A stretch of DNA of 41,597 nucleotides from assembly GCA_031391655.1 (NCBI GenBank), contig JANMUO010000366.1, positions 1 to 41,597 of the forward strand, in the 5' to 3' direction. Origin of the DNA: Betaproteobacteria bacterium. Lineage in GTDB: Bacteria > Pseudomonadota > Gammaproteobacteria > Burkholderiales > SG8-39. A model generated the notes under the pieces. The model was not told the origin of the DNA. It did not search any database and worked only from the letters and a program-made list of their open reading frames with translations. Both the position numbers and the translations under genes were made by a program. Shown piece after piece: positions 16,737-25,675 of the stretch. Position 1 is the first letter of the stretch. Every line of letters starts with the position of its first letter.

Positions 16737-16978
16737 AGCCGGAGGACCTTGCGCAGGCCCTCAGCCTCGCCGAAGGCGGCGACTGGAAGGGCGCGCACGA
16801 GATCGTGCAGCGCGACGAGGAAGACCCGCTCTCCTGCTGGATCCACGCAGTCCTGCATCACCAGGAAGGCGACCTGATGAACGCGCGCTACTGGTATGCG
16901 CGCTGCGGCAGGCGCCTGCGCAAGGCCTTGGCCCCGGAGGCCGAACTGCAGGAAATCCGCGCTTCGCTCAGGGATTGA
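16733..16978 (+). CDS. Small acidic hypothetical protein (81 aa)
   Basis: The ATG overlaps the NYN gene stop (ATGA). Sequence: MKPEDLAQALSLAEGGDWKGAHEIVQRDEEDPLSCWIHAVLHHQEGDLMNARYWYARCGRRL... It carries more acidic than basic residues (15 D/E vs 11 K/R by my count). I do not recognise a characterised domain. Its 3' end overlaps the anti-sigma gene's 3' end by 11 nt. Confidence 0.6.
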   Translation: MKPEDLAQALSLAEGGDWKGAHEIVQRDEEDPLSCWIHAVLHHQEGDLMNARYWYARCGRRLRKALAPEAELQEIRASLRD

Positions 16979-17741
16979 GCTGGCGGTACACCACGTTGGC
17001 AATCTTCAGCAGTTCGTCCCGTTCCATGTCCCCGGAGGACAGCGCGTAGCCGAACTTGCGGTCGATCCAGTAGAACACCCGCACGTTGCCCTCGCGCGCG
17101 TAGCGGAAGGCCGTTTCCCGATGGTCTGGTCCTTCGGTGCGCACATAGAGTGTTACGCGCCGGCCCTGCGCGTTCTGGTACATGAACTGCGCCACCGGAC
17201 CCGGGTCACGCGGCAGCAGTCGCCCACCGACCAGCGCCATGCCTTCACCGTCGAGCTTCGGCGCGCGCACCTCGCCGCCCAGCCGCTTGGACAACCAGGC
17301 CACGAGGTGCTGCTCCTGGTCGGCGCCGACTTCCACGGGATGACGCACCTCGGGGGAATAGGTGGCGTGCGCCAGGGCGGCGCGGCGCGCGATGATCGGG
17401 GGTTCGGCCTTTGCGACCGGCGACTGCAGGGCGTGCAGCTGCCAGCCGACCGCGGTGCCGATCGCGATGCCTAGCGCAACCCAGCCGGCGACCAGGGCGA
17501 CGGCGCGCAGCCGCGATCCGCGGTTCGCCGCGCGTTCCAGGCGCTGCGGCACGGGCTCGTCCGCGACCGGGTCGTAGCGTTCGCGCAGCTGCGCGTTGAG
17601 GTCGCGATAGGCAGCAGCACGCTCGGCCTCTTCCGGATTCGCCGCGAACCAGGCCTCCAGCGCCTCGCGACGGGATTCCTCCAGGCGCCCATCGGCCCAG
17701 GACTGGATCTCCGCTTCGCTGATCGGTTGGTTCTCGCTCAT
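16968..17741 (-). CDS. Anti-sigma factor (single-pass membrane protein, non-zinc anti-sigma domain)
   Basis: 257 aa with a 4-nt ATGA overlap with the upstream ECF sigma gene. It has an N-terminal anti-sigma-like helix bundle (ISEAEIQSWADGRLEESRREALEAWFAANPEEAERAAAYRDL) without an HxxxCxxC motif, a TM helix (AVALVAGWVALGIAIGTAVGW), and a periplasmic C-domain. Confidence 0.8.
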   Translation of the reverse strand: MSENQPISEAEIQSWADGRLEESRREALEAWFAANPEEAERAAAYRDLNAQLRERYDPVADEPVPQRLERAANRGSRLRAVALVAGWVALGIAIGTAVGWQLHALQSPVAKAEPPIIARRAALAHATYSPEVRHPVEVGADQEQHLVAWLSKRLGGEVRAPKLDGEGMALVGGRLLPRDPGPVAQFMYQNAQGRRVTLYVRTEGPDHRETAFRYAREGNVRVFYWIDRKFGYALSSGDMERDELLKIANVVYRQLNP

Positions 17742-18235
17742 TTCACTACTTGCAGCTTGGTGCCGCCCTTTCCATTCATCAATGCACGCAGCTTCTCGCG
17801 CGCCCGCGCCAACCTCGACATCACGGTGCCAATCGGGATGCCGAGGACACGCGCCGTCTCGTCATAGCTCAGGTCCTCCAGCGCAACCAGCAGGAGCACC
17901 TCGCGCTGCGCCACCGGCAGCGCCGCGATGCCGCGCTCGAGATCGCGCACCATCAGGCCGTCGCCCTGTGTCGCGCGCTGCGCGAGCTCGGGCATCTCGT
18001 CGTCGAGCGGATCCGTCGGTCGCGTGGCGCGCACGCGGTTCACGTGAACGTTGTGCATCACCGTGAACAGCCAGGCGCGCAGGTCGGTGCCGTGGCGGTA
18101 CAGGTGCAGCTTCGACCAGGCGCGTTCCAGTGTGTCCTGCACCAGGTCGTCCGCCGCCGAGCGATCCCCGACCAGCGCGCGCGCGTAACGCCGCAACCGC
18201 GGAATCAGCCCCACCAGGCTCTGCGCATCGCTCAT
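17738..18235 (-). CDS. ECF-type RNA polymerase sigma-70 family factor
   Basis: 165 aa. Region 2 is DLVQDTLERAWSK...WLFTVMHNVHVN. Region 4 HTH is LSYDETARVLGIPIGTVMSRLARAREKL. Confidence 0.9.
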   Translation of the reverse strand: MSDAQSLVGLIPRLRRYARALVGDRSAADDLVQDTLERAWSKLHLYRHGTDLRAWLFTVMHNVHVNRVRATRPTDPLDDEMPELAQRATQGDGLMVRDLERGIAALPVAQREVLLLVALEDLSYDETARVLGIPIGTVMSRLARAREKLRALMNGKGGTKLQVVK

Positions 18236-18286
18236 TGGGCTGAACAGTGCCTTGCGGCGCGCTATTCCGTCAACAAACGCAAGGCG

Positions 18287-19165
18287 TCAACGCGGTTCGT
18301 CGGGGATCGCCGGGAGGGCGCGCAGGTACGCAACCAGCGCCCCCAGGTCCTCCGGCGTGAGCTGGCTGGTGGTGTTTCGGATGACTTCCCCCATTGTTTC
18401 CGCGGCGACATCGCCGTCCGGGGTGATGCCGCTGAGCAGGAACTCCCTCAGTTCCTTGTCATCCCATTTCTTCAGGTTCGCAGGCGTCAGGTTCGACACG
18501 CTCTTTCCCTCGGGGCCTTTGGCCGTGCCCGCAAGGAACCTGTCGCGCTTGGCCCCGCCCAGGAAGTTGCGCGCCGTGTGGCATTCGCCGCAATGCCCGA
18601 GCGCCCCGGTCAGGTAGGCGCCCCGATTCAATACCGCCGAGCGCGCGCTGTCTGGCGCATAGGGACCCGGATTGAAGTAAAGCCATTTCCAGAATGTCAC
18701 TAGGAATCGCAGGTTGAAGGGAAACCCCAGGTCGTGTGCCCGGCTCGCGCGGCTGCTCGGCGGCAGCGTGCGCAGGTAGGCCCACAAGTCGCGCGCATCC
18801 GCGTCGGTGATCAGGGTGAAGGACGGGTAGGGAAAGGCGGGAAAGTAGTGCGCGCCATCCGGGCGGCGGCCTTCTCGCAGCGCGCGCCGGAAATCGGCTT
18901 CGCTCCACTTGCCAATTCCAGCCTCCGCGTGCGGCGTAATGTTCGGCCCGTAGAACGTGCCGAAAGGCGTCTTCAGTTCACGCCCGCCGACATAGGCGAT
19001 CGCGCCTTCCTTCGCCTCGGTGTGGCAGCCAAGGCAGCCCGCCGCCTTGGCGACGTATTGGCCGCGCCTGGCATCGCCCTGCGCGGCAACCGGCGCCGTC
19101 AGCGAGCACAACAGCGCCGCGAAAAGCAAAAGCCCCGCAGCTGCGGGGCTCGTTCCTACGTGCAA
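18287..19165 (-). CDS. Dihaem c-type cytochrome (AdhB/gluconate-dehydrogenase cytochrome-subunit-like)
   Basis: Two CxxCH motifs (CLGCH, CGECH). The pattern FGTFYGPNITP..GIGKWSEADFRRALREGRRPDG..YFPAFPY is typical of dehydrogenase-associated cytochromes c. The start is uncertain: the track uses GTG 19225 (53-nt overlap with cyt c'), and alternatives are TTG 19165 or TTG 19129. The signal-like segment is GLLLFAALLCSLTAPVAAQG. Confidence 0.8.
   Translation of the reverse strand: MHVGTSPAAAGLLLFAALLCSLTAPVAAQGDARRGQYVAKAAGCLGCHTEAKEGAIAYVGGRELKTPFGTFYGPNITPHAEAGIGKWSEADFRRALREGRRPDGAHYFPAFPYPSFTLITDADARDLWAYLRTLPPSSRASRAHDLGFPFNLRFLVTFWKWLYFNPGPYAPDSARSAVLNRGAYLTGALGHCGECHTARNFLGGAKRDRFLAGTAKGPEGKSVSNLTPANLKKWDDKELREFLLSGITPDGDVAAETMGEVIRNTTSQLTPEDLGALVAYLRALPAIPDEPR
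19121..19150 (-). terminator. Rho-independent terminator after cytochrome c'
   Basis: The minus strand reads AGCCCCGC-AGCT-GCGGGGCT (perfect 20-nt palindrome, 8-bp GC stem) followed by TTTGCTTTTC. It starts 23 nt after the cyt c' stop and lies inside the 5' end of the dihaem cytochrome ORF. Confidence 0.75.
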
Positions 19166-19172
19166 GATCCGG

Positions 19173-19628
19173 CTACTTCGCGCGGAAGTCGTCGTGGCAG
19201 GCGCCACACACTTTACCCACAGCACCGACCTGCGCCTTCACGGCCGCCTCGTCGCCGCCCCTGCTGACGGCCACGAGCTTGGAGGTCTCGTTCTCCAGCT
19301 GCGCGGAATAATTCATGAACTTGTCCTTGCTGTCATAGATCGCCGGCAGCGCGCGGCTCTTTTCGCCCTTCGTGCTTGGTTCGAAGCCATCCCACGCCAT
19401 TCTGGATAGGTTGTCGAGCAATGCCGCATTCCTCTGCACCATCGCCGCGTTGTACGGCACCTTACCCTGCGCCACCCCGAAGAGCGGACCGAAGTACTTG
19501 CCCTGCAGGGTCATGACCGCCTGGCGCTGCTTGACCAGCACGTCAGGCTTGGCCTGCGCGAATGCGCCCTGCGCGATACCGACTCCCAGCACGGCCGCCA
19601 CACCGGCGGCAAACAGCCTGTTGCTCAT
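19173..19628 (-). CDS. Cytochrome c' (class II, four-helix-bundle type)
   Basis: 151 aa with a signal peptide (AAVLGVGIAQGAFAQA). It has a single haem motif at the extreme C-terminus (GKVCGACHDDFRAK), which is diagnostic of class II cytochromes c. SD GAGGAG precedes the ATG. Confidence 0.9.
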   Translation of the reverse strand: MSNRLFAAGVAAVLGVGIAQGAFAQAKPDVLVKQRQAVMTLQGKYFGPLFGVAQGKVPYNAAMVQRNAALLDNLSRMAWDGFEPSTKGEKSRALPAIYDSKDKFMNYSAQLENETSKLVAVSRGGDEAAVKAQVGAVGKVCGACHDDFRAK

Positions 19629-19696
19629 TGGGTTAGCTCCTCAGGTTGGACCACTAGCGGGCTAACAGCGTGAAAGGGGATTTATTTCCCCCAGCC

Positions 19697-20332
19697 CTAA
19701 CGCAGGCCGGCGGCATACTCCGCCACCGCCTTTATTTCCTGGTCGCTCATGCGTGCGGCGACGCCCCGCATCATGCCGTTCGGGTCGTTGGCGCGAGCGC
19801 CACCGCGGAACAGCTTCAACTGCGCCTCTACGTACTCTGCGAACTGGCCGGAGAGGCGGGGAAACTGGCTCGGGATGCCGGCGCCGTCCGGCCCGTGGCA
19901 GCCCGAACAGGCGGGAACGCCGGTCGCTGCGTTGCCGCCACGCCAGAGCTTCTGTCCCTGGGCCGCGAGTTCCTTGCTCGTGGCGGCCGCCGGGCGCAGC
20001 GTCTGCGATGCGTAGTACGCGGCAAGGCCTCGCATGTCACTATCGGACAAGATCGCCACCATGCCTGCCATCACTGCATTGTCGCGCTCCGCCTTCTTCC
20101 CTCCCTGGGCCTTGAAGTTCGCGAGCTGCTTGTGCAGGTACTCGGGAAACTGGCCGGCCAGTTTCGGATTGGCGGCGATCGCGCTGTTGCCGTCCGCGGC
20201 ATGGCACGCTGCGCAGACCTGCTTGGCGATCTGCTCGCCCTTCGCGACATCGGGCTTGGCGGTGCCCTGTGCGGCGGCCTGCGCCGCCCACAGCAACCCC
20301 AAGGCGGCAAGTGCCGCCAGCACACGGTTCAT
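19697..20332 (-). CDS. Cytochrome c4 (dihaem)
   Basis: 211 aa with a signal peptide and two class I haem domains (CAACHAADGNS, CSGCHGPDGAG). Its position divergent from engB is typical. Confidence 0.9.
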   Translation of the reverse strand: MNRVLAALAALGLLWAAQAAAQGTAKPDVAKGEQIAKQVCAACHAADGNSAIAANPKLAGQFPEYLHKQLANFKAQGGKKAERDNAVMAGMVAILSDSDMRGLAAYYASQTLRPAAATSKELAAQGQKLWRGGNAATGVPACSGCHGPDGAGIPSQFPRLSGQFAEYVEAQLKLFRGGARANDPNGMMRGVAARMSDQEIKAVAEYAAGLR

Positions 20333-20365
20333 TCTGGATCTCCCGGAATCCCTTGGAAACGCCTC

Positions 20366-20371
20366 ATTTTA
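20366..20371 (-). promoter_or_regulatory. Candidate -10 box (TAAAAT) for cytochrome c4
   Basis: The minus strand reads TAAAAT, about 34 nt before the cc4 ATG, leaving room for the GGGAGA Shine-Dalgarno. It abuts the oppositely oriented TAGAAT of engB. Confidence 0.4.
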
Positions 20372-20372
20372 T

Positions 20373-20378
20373 TAGAAT
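20373..20378 (+). promoter_or_regulatory. -10-like hexamer TAGAAT, 7 nt upstream of the engB ATG
   Basis: The plus strand reads TTATTAGAAT-TTCGGCC-ATG. No purine-rich Shine-Dalgarno lies between the hexamer and the ATG. Confidence 0.45.
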
Positions 20379-20385
20379 TTCGGCC

Positions 20386-22999
<2,614 letters not shown>

Positions 23000-23005
23000 G
23001 GTGGA

Positions 23006-23011
23006 ATTCTA
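23006..23011 (-). promoter_or_regulatory. -10-like hexamer TAGAAT, 6 nt upstream of the VOC gene ATG
   Basis: The minus strand reads TAG(permease stop)-TCTT-TAGAAT-TCCACC-ATG. No Shine-Dalgarno is present in the 16-nt gap. Confidence 0.4.
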
Positions 23012-23015
23012 AAGA

Positions 23016-23918
23016 CTACTCGCGCATTTTTTCGGGCTCTGCGCCGCGCTTGAGCGCCGGCAGCGCAAGCGTCACCAGGACGAACAGCCCGGTAGCGAGC
23101 TTCAGGTCCGCAGGCTTGAGGCCCAGCGCAAGCCCGAGGGAAACCAGCTGGTAATAGACGATGGAGCCGACGAGCGGCGCAGCAAGCTGCCGTACCACGG
23201 TTTGCCGGCCGATCAAGGTCTCACCGATGATGACCGCGGCAAGACCGGTGATCAGCACCCCGAAGCCCATGTGCACGTCGGCAAAGCCCTGCAGCTGCAC
23301 CGCCACCGCGCCGGCGAGCGCTGAGAGGCCGTTGGCCAGCGCCAGTCCCGCGAGCACATAGGTCCAGGGATTGATGGCGAGCGCCGGTGCCAGGGCGGCA
23401 TTGGCGCCCACCGCACGCAACGAAAGGCCGATTTCGGTGGACAGGAACCAGTACAACGCAGCGAGCATCGCGAGCGCAAGCACGGCGAACACCGCGACCT
23501 GCAGGTTGACGCCGGTCACGACCGCCGGAGAGATCCAGGAAAGGAGCGACTCCATGTCGAGCAGCGCCGTATTCGACTTGCCCAGCACGCGCAGGTTGAC
23601 GCTATACAGGATCGTCATCACCAGGATGCCGGCGAGCAGCGTATTGATGCGAAAGCGCAGGTGGATGAACGCGGTCGACAGCCCCGCGAGCATGCCACCA
23701 GCGACTGCCGCCAGCGTAGCGAACAGGGGATTCACCCCCGCGACCAGCAGCGCGGCGCACAGGCAGCCGCCGAGCGGAAAGCTGCCTTCGCTCGTCAGGT
23801 CGGGGAAGTTCAGCAGGCGGAACGGAATCATCACCCCGAGCGCAATGAAACCGTAGAGCAGGCCCTGCACCAGCGTCACTGGCACCAGGTTCCAAAAGCT
23901 CGTCAGCACTTCCGTCAC
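23016..23918 (-). CDS. ABC transporter permease (uncharacterised uptake family)
   Basis: 300 aa, polytopic and very hydrophobic. It has a 4-nt overlap with the upstream ATPase gene. Confidence 0.85.
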   Translation of the reverse strand: MTEVLTSFWNLVPVTLVQGLLYGFIALGVMIPFRLLNFPDLTSEGSFPLGGCLCAALLVAGVNPLFATLAAVAGGMLAGLSTAFIHLRFRINTLLAGILVMTILYSVNLRVLGKSNTALLDMESLLSWISPAVVTGVNLQVAVFAVLALAMLAALYWFLSTEIGLSLRAVGANAALAPALAINPWTYVLAGLALANGLSALAGAVAVQLQGFADVHMGFGVLITGLAAVIIGETLIGRQTVVRQLAAPLVGSIVYYQLVSLGLALGLKPADLKLATGLFVLVTLALPALKRGAEPEKMRE

Positions 23919-24691
23919 GACAGCAGCACCTTGTCGTCGGCCAGGTGAAAGCGCTCCACCAGCTGCTCGACCGTGAGGCCGCGCTTCTCGCCGCCCGCGA
24001 GGTCGAGGCGCACGCGGCCCGCGTCCATCATGAGCAGCCGCTCTCCGTAGCGAATGGCATGCTGCATGTTGTGCGTGACCATCAGCGTGGTCAGGTTGCC
24101 GGAGGCGACTGCTCGCACCGTGGCAGCCATGACAAGTTCGGCGGTCTTCGGATCCAGCGCGGCAGCGTGCTCATCGAGCAGCAGCACGCTGGGTGCGCGC
24201 ATCACCGCCATGGCTAGCGCCAACACCTGCCGCTGGCCGCCCGAGAGCAGTCCCGCGCGCGACGCGAGGCGTGACTCGAGGCCCAGGCCGAACGGGGCGA
24301 GGAGCTCGGCGTACTGCCTGCGGCGCCCGGCGCCCAGTGCCGGGCGCAACCCACGCCCTGCAGCGCGCATCTCGGCAAGTGCGAGGTTCTCTTCGACAGT
24401 GAGCGTGGGCAGCGTGCCCAGCATCGGGTCCTGCAGCACCCGCGCCACTAGACGGGCGCGCCTGTGTACCGGCCAGCGCGTGACCTCCTCGCCGCCGATG
24501 CGGATACTGCCGGAATCCAGCTCCACGCTACCGGCCACCGCGTTAAGCAGCGTGGACTTCCCAGCGCCGTTGGAGCCGATGACAACGGCGAAAGAGCCCG
24601 CAGTCAGCTCGAGCGTGACCTCGTCGAGCGCGGCGCGCTCGTCGGCGCTGCCGCGGTGAAAGAGCTTTTGCGCCCGCTCGAGGCGGATCAA
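23915..24691 (-). CDS. ABC transporter ATP-binding protein
   Basis: Walker A is GSNGAGKST, the signature is LSGGQRQ, and Walker B is LLLDEH. The track ORF starts at 24736, but TTG 24691 overlaps the binding-protein stop (TTGA) and gives MIRLERAQKLF..., a typical NBD N-terminus. Confidence 0.9.
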   Translation of the reverse strand: MIRLERAQKLFHRGSADERAALDEVTLELTAGSFAVVIGSNGAGKSTLLNAVAGSVELDSGSIRIGGEEVTRWPVHRRARLVARVLQDPMLGTLPTLTVEENLALAEMRAAGRGLRPALGAGRRRQYAELLAPFGLGLESRLASRAGLLSGGQRQVLALAMAVMRAPSVLLLDEHAAALDPKTAELVMAATVRAVASGNLTTLMVTHNMQHAIRYGERLLMMDAGRVRLDLAGGEKRGLTVEQLVERFHLADDKVLLS

Positions 24692-25641
24692 TCGATGACG
24701 TTTTGCGCGAGCGCCGCGGGCACTTCCATCTTCCACTGCGCCAACTGCTTGCGGCTGATCACAATCGAGTAATCCTCGCGCCCTGGACGGTGGGGCGGGA
24801 TGGCAGCGGGTTTCTCGCCCTTCAGGATGCGCACCGCAATGCGGCCAGCGTTCGCGCCCATGCGCTCGTAGGACAGCGCGTGCGCGGCGAGGAACTGGTG
24901 CTGGCGCACCGGCGTATCGAGGGTGTTGATCGCAGGCACGCCGATGCGCTGCGTGGTGGCAGCGATCACGGGAAGGCTGGTCTGCAGGATGTTGGACTGG
25001 ATCACGAACACCGCATCCACCTTGCCCTGCAAAGATTGCAATCGCTGTGCGATGTCATTCTGGTTGTCGATGCCGACCTCGGCGATGGTGAAACCGTGCT
25101 TGGGCGCCGCAGCGCGCATCTCCTTCATGTTGGAGATGTCGTTGTCCTCGCCGGGGTTGTAGGGAACGCCGAGGCGCTTCGCATTCGGGAGCAATTGCCG
25201 CACGAAGGCGAGCGATGCGTCGAAATCCGGGTATAGCGTCGCGCCGGTGTGCGTGTCCGAGCCCGCCTGCCAGGAGGGGACGATCTTCGCCACCACCGGG
25301 TCGACTACCGACATGAACACGACCGGCAGCGACTTGTCGGTGACCACTCGGATCGAGGACTGCGTGACCGGCGTGGTCACGGTCACCAGGAGCGCGGGCT
25401 TCTTCGAGGAAGCGTTGGTGAGCAGTTGGGGGATCAGCGTGCGGTCGAAATTGATGTGCTGGTCGTCGAAGGCGACGTCCCGGCCTTCGACGAAACCCTG
25501 GCGCACCACTTCGGCCTTGAAGCCGTTCACCGCGGCGCGCAGCGCAGGGTGCTCGCCGAAATTGGCGATGGCGATCAGTTTCGGTTGAGCCTGGGCGGTG
25601 CCGGCGAATAGCGCAAGAAAAACGAGCAGTGTTCGAAGCAT
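24688..25641 (-). CDS. ABC transporter periplasmic substrate-binding protein (ABC_sub_bind-like, unknown ligand)
   Basis: 317 aa with a signal peptide (MLRTLLVFLALFAGTAQA). The fold pattern resembles the uncharacterised COG2984-type binding proteins. It is the first gene of the binding protein-ATPase-permease string. Confidence 0.8.
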   Translation of the reverse strand: MLRTLLVFLALFAGTAQAQPKLIAIANFGEHPALRAAVNGFKAEVVRQGFVEGRDVAFDDQHINFDRTLIPQLLTNASSKKPALLVTVTTPVTQSSIRVVTDKSLPVVFMSVVDPVVAKIVPSWQAGSDTHTGATLYPDFDASLAFVRQLLPNAKRLGVPYNPGEDNDISNMKEMRAAAPKHGFTIAEVGIDNQNDIAQRLQSLQGKVDAVFVIQSNILQTSLPVIAATTQRIGVPAINTLDTPVRQHQFLAAHALSYERMGANAGRIAVRILKGEKPAAIPPHRPGREDYSIVISRKQLAQWKMEVPAALAQNVID

Positions 25642-25666
25642 TTGGGGATCCCCTGTGAGCGGCTCG

Positions 25667-25672
25667 ATTATA
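25667..25672 (-). promoter_or_regulatory. Candidate -10 box (perfect TATAAT) for the ABC operon
   Basis: The minus-strand TATAAT lies 3 nt after the dsbD stop and 25 nt before the binding-protein ATG, followed by SD AGGGGA. The -35 position would fall inside dsbD, and I see no good match there. Confidence 0.45.
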
Positions 25673-25675
25673 GGC

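Noticed and set aside
18236-18286. Possible ECF-type autoregulatory promoter (GGAAT...TGTT) in the 51-nt gap before the sigma gene
   Set aside because: The match is loose, the -10 part is not convincing, and the element would leave almost no leader. I kept it only as a remark in the cytochrome/ECF finding, not as a feature.
19629-19696. Hairpin-like GGGGA-N6-TCCCC and GTTAGC...GCTAAC repeats between cytochrome c4 and cytochrome c'
   Set aside because: The stems are only 5-6 bp with a weak tail. This may be a leaky terminator for cc4, but the evidence is too thin to call, and my hand-count of this spacer was less secure than elsewhere.
25644-25653. GGGGATCCCC 10-bp palindrome just upstream of the ABC binding-protein ATG
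   Set aside because: It is too short for a stable hairpin. It is largely explained as the Shine-Dalgarno (AGGGGA) plus chance symmetry. I found no second copy in the window.
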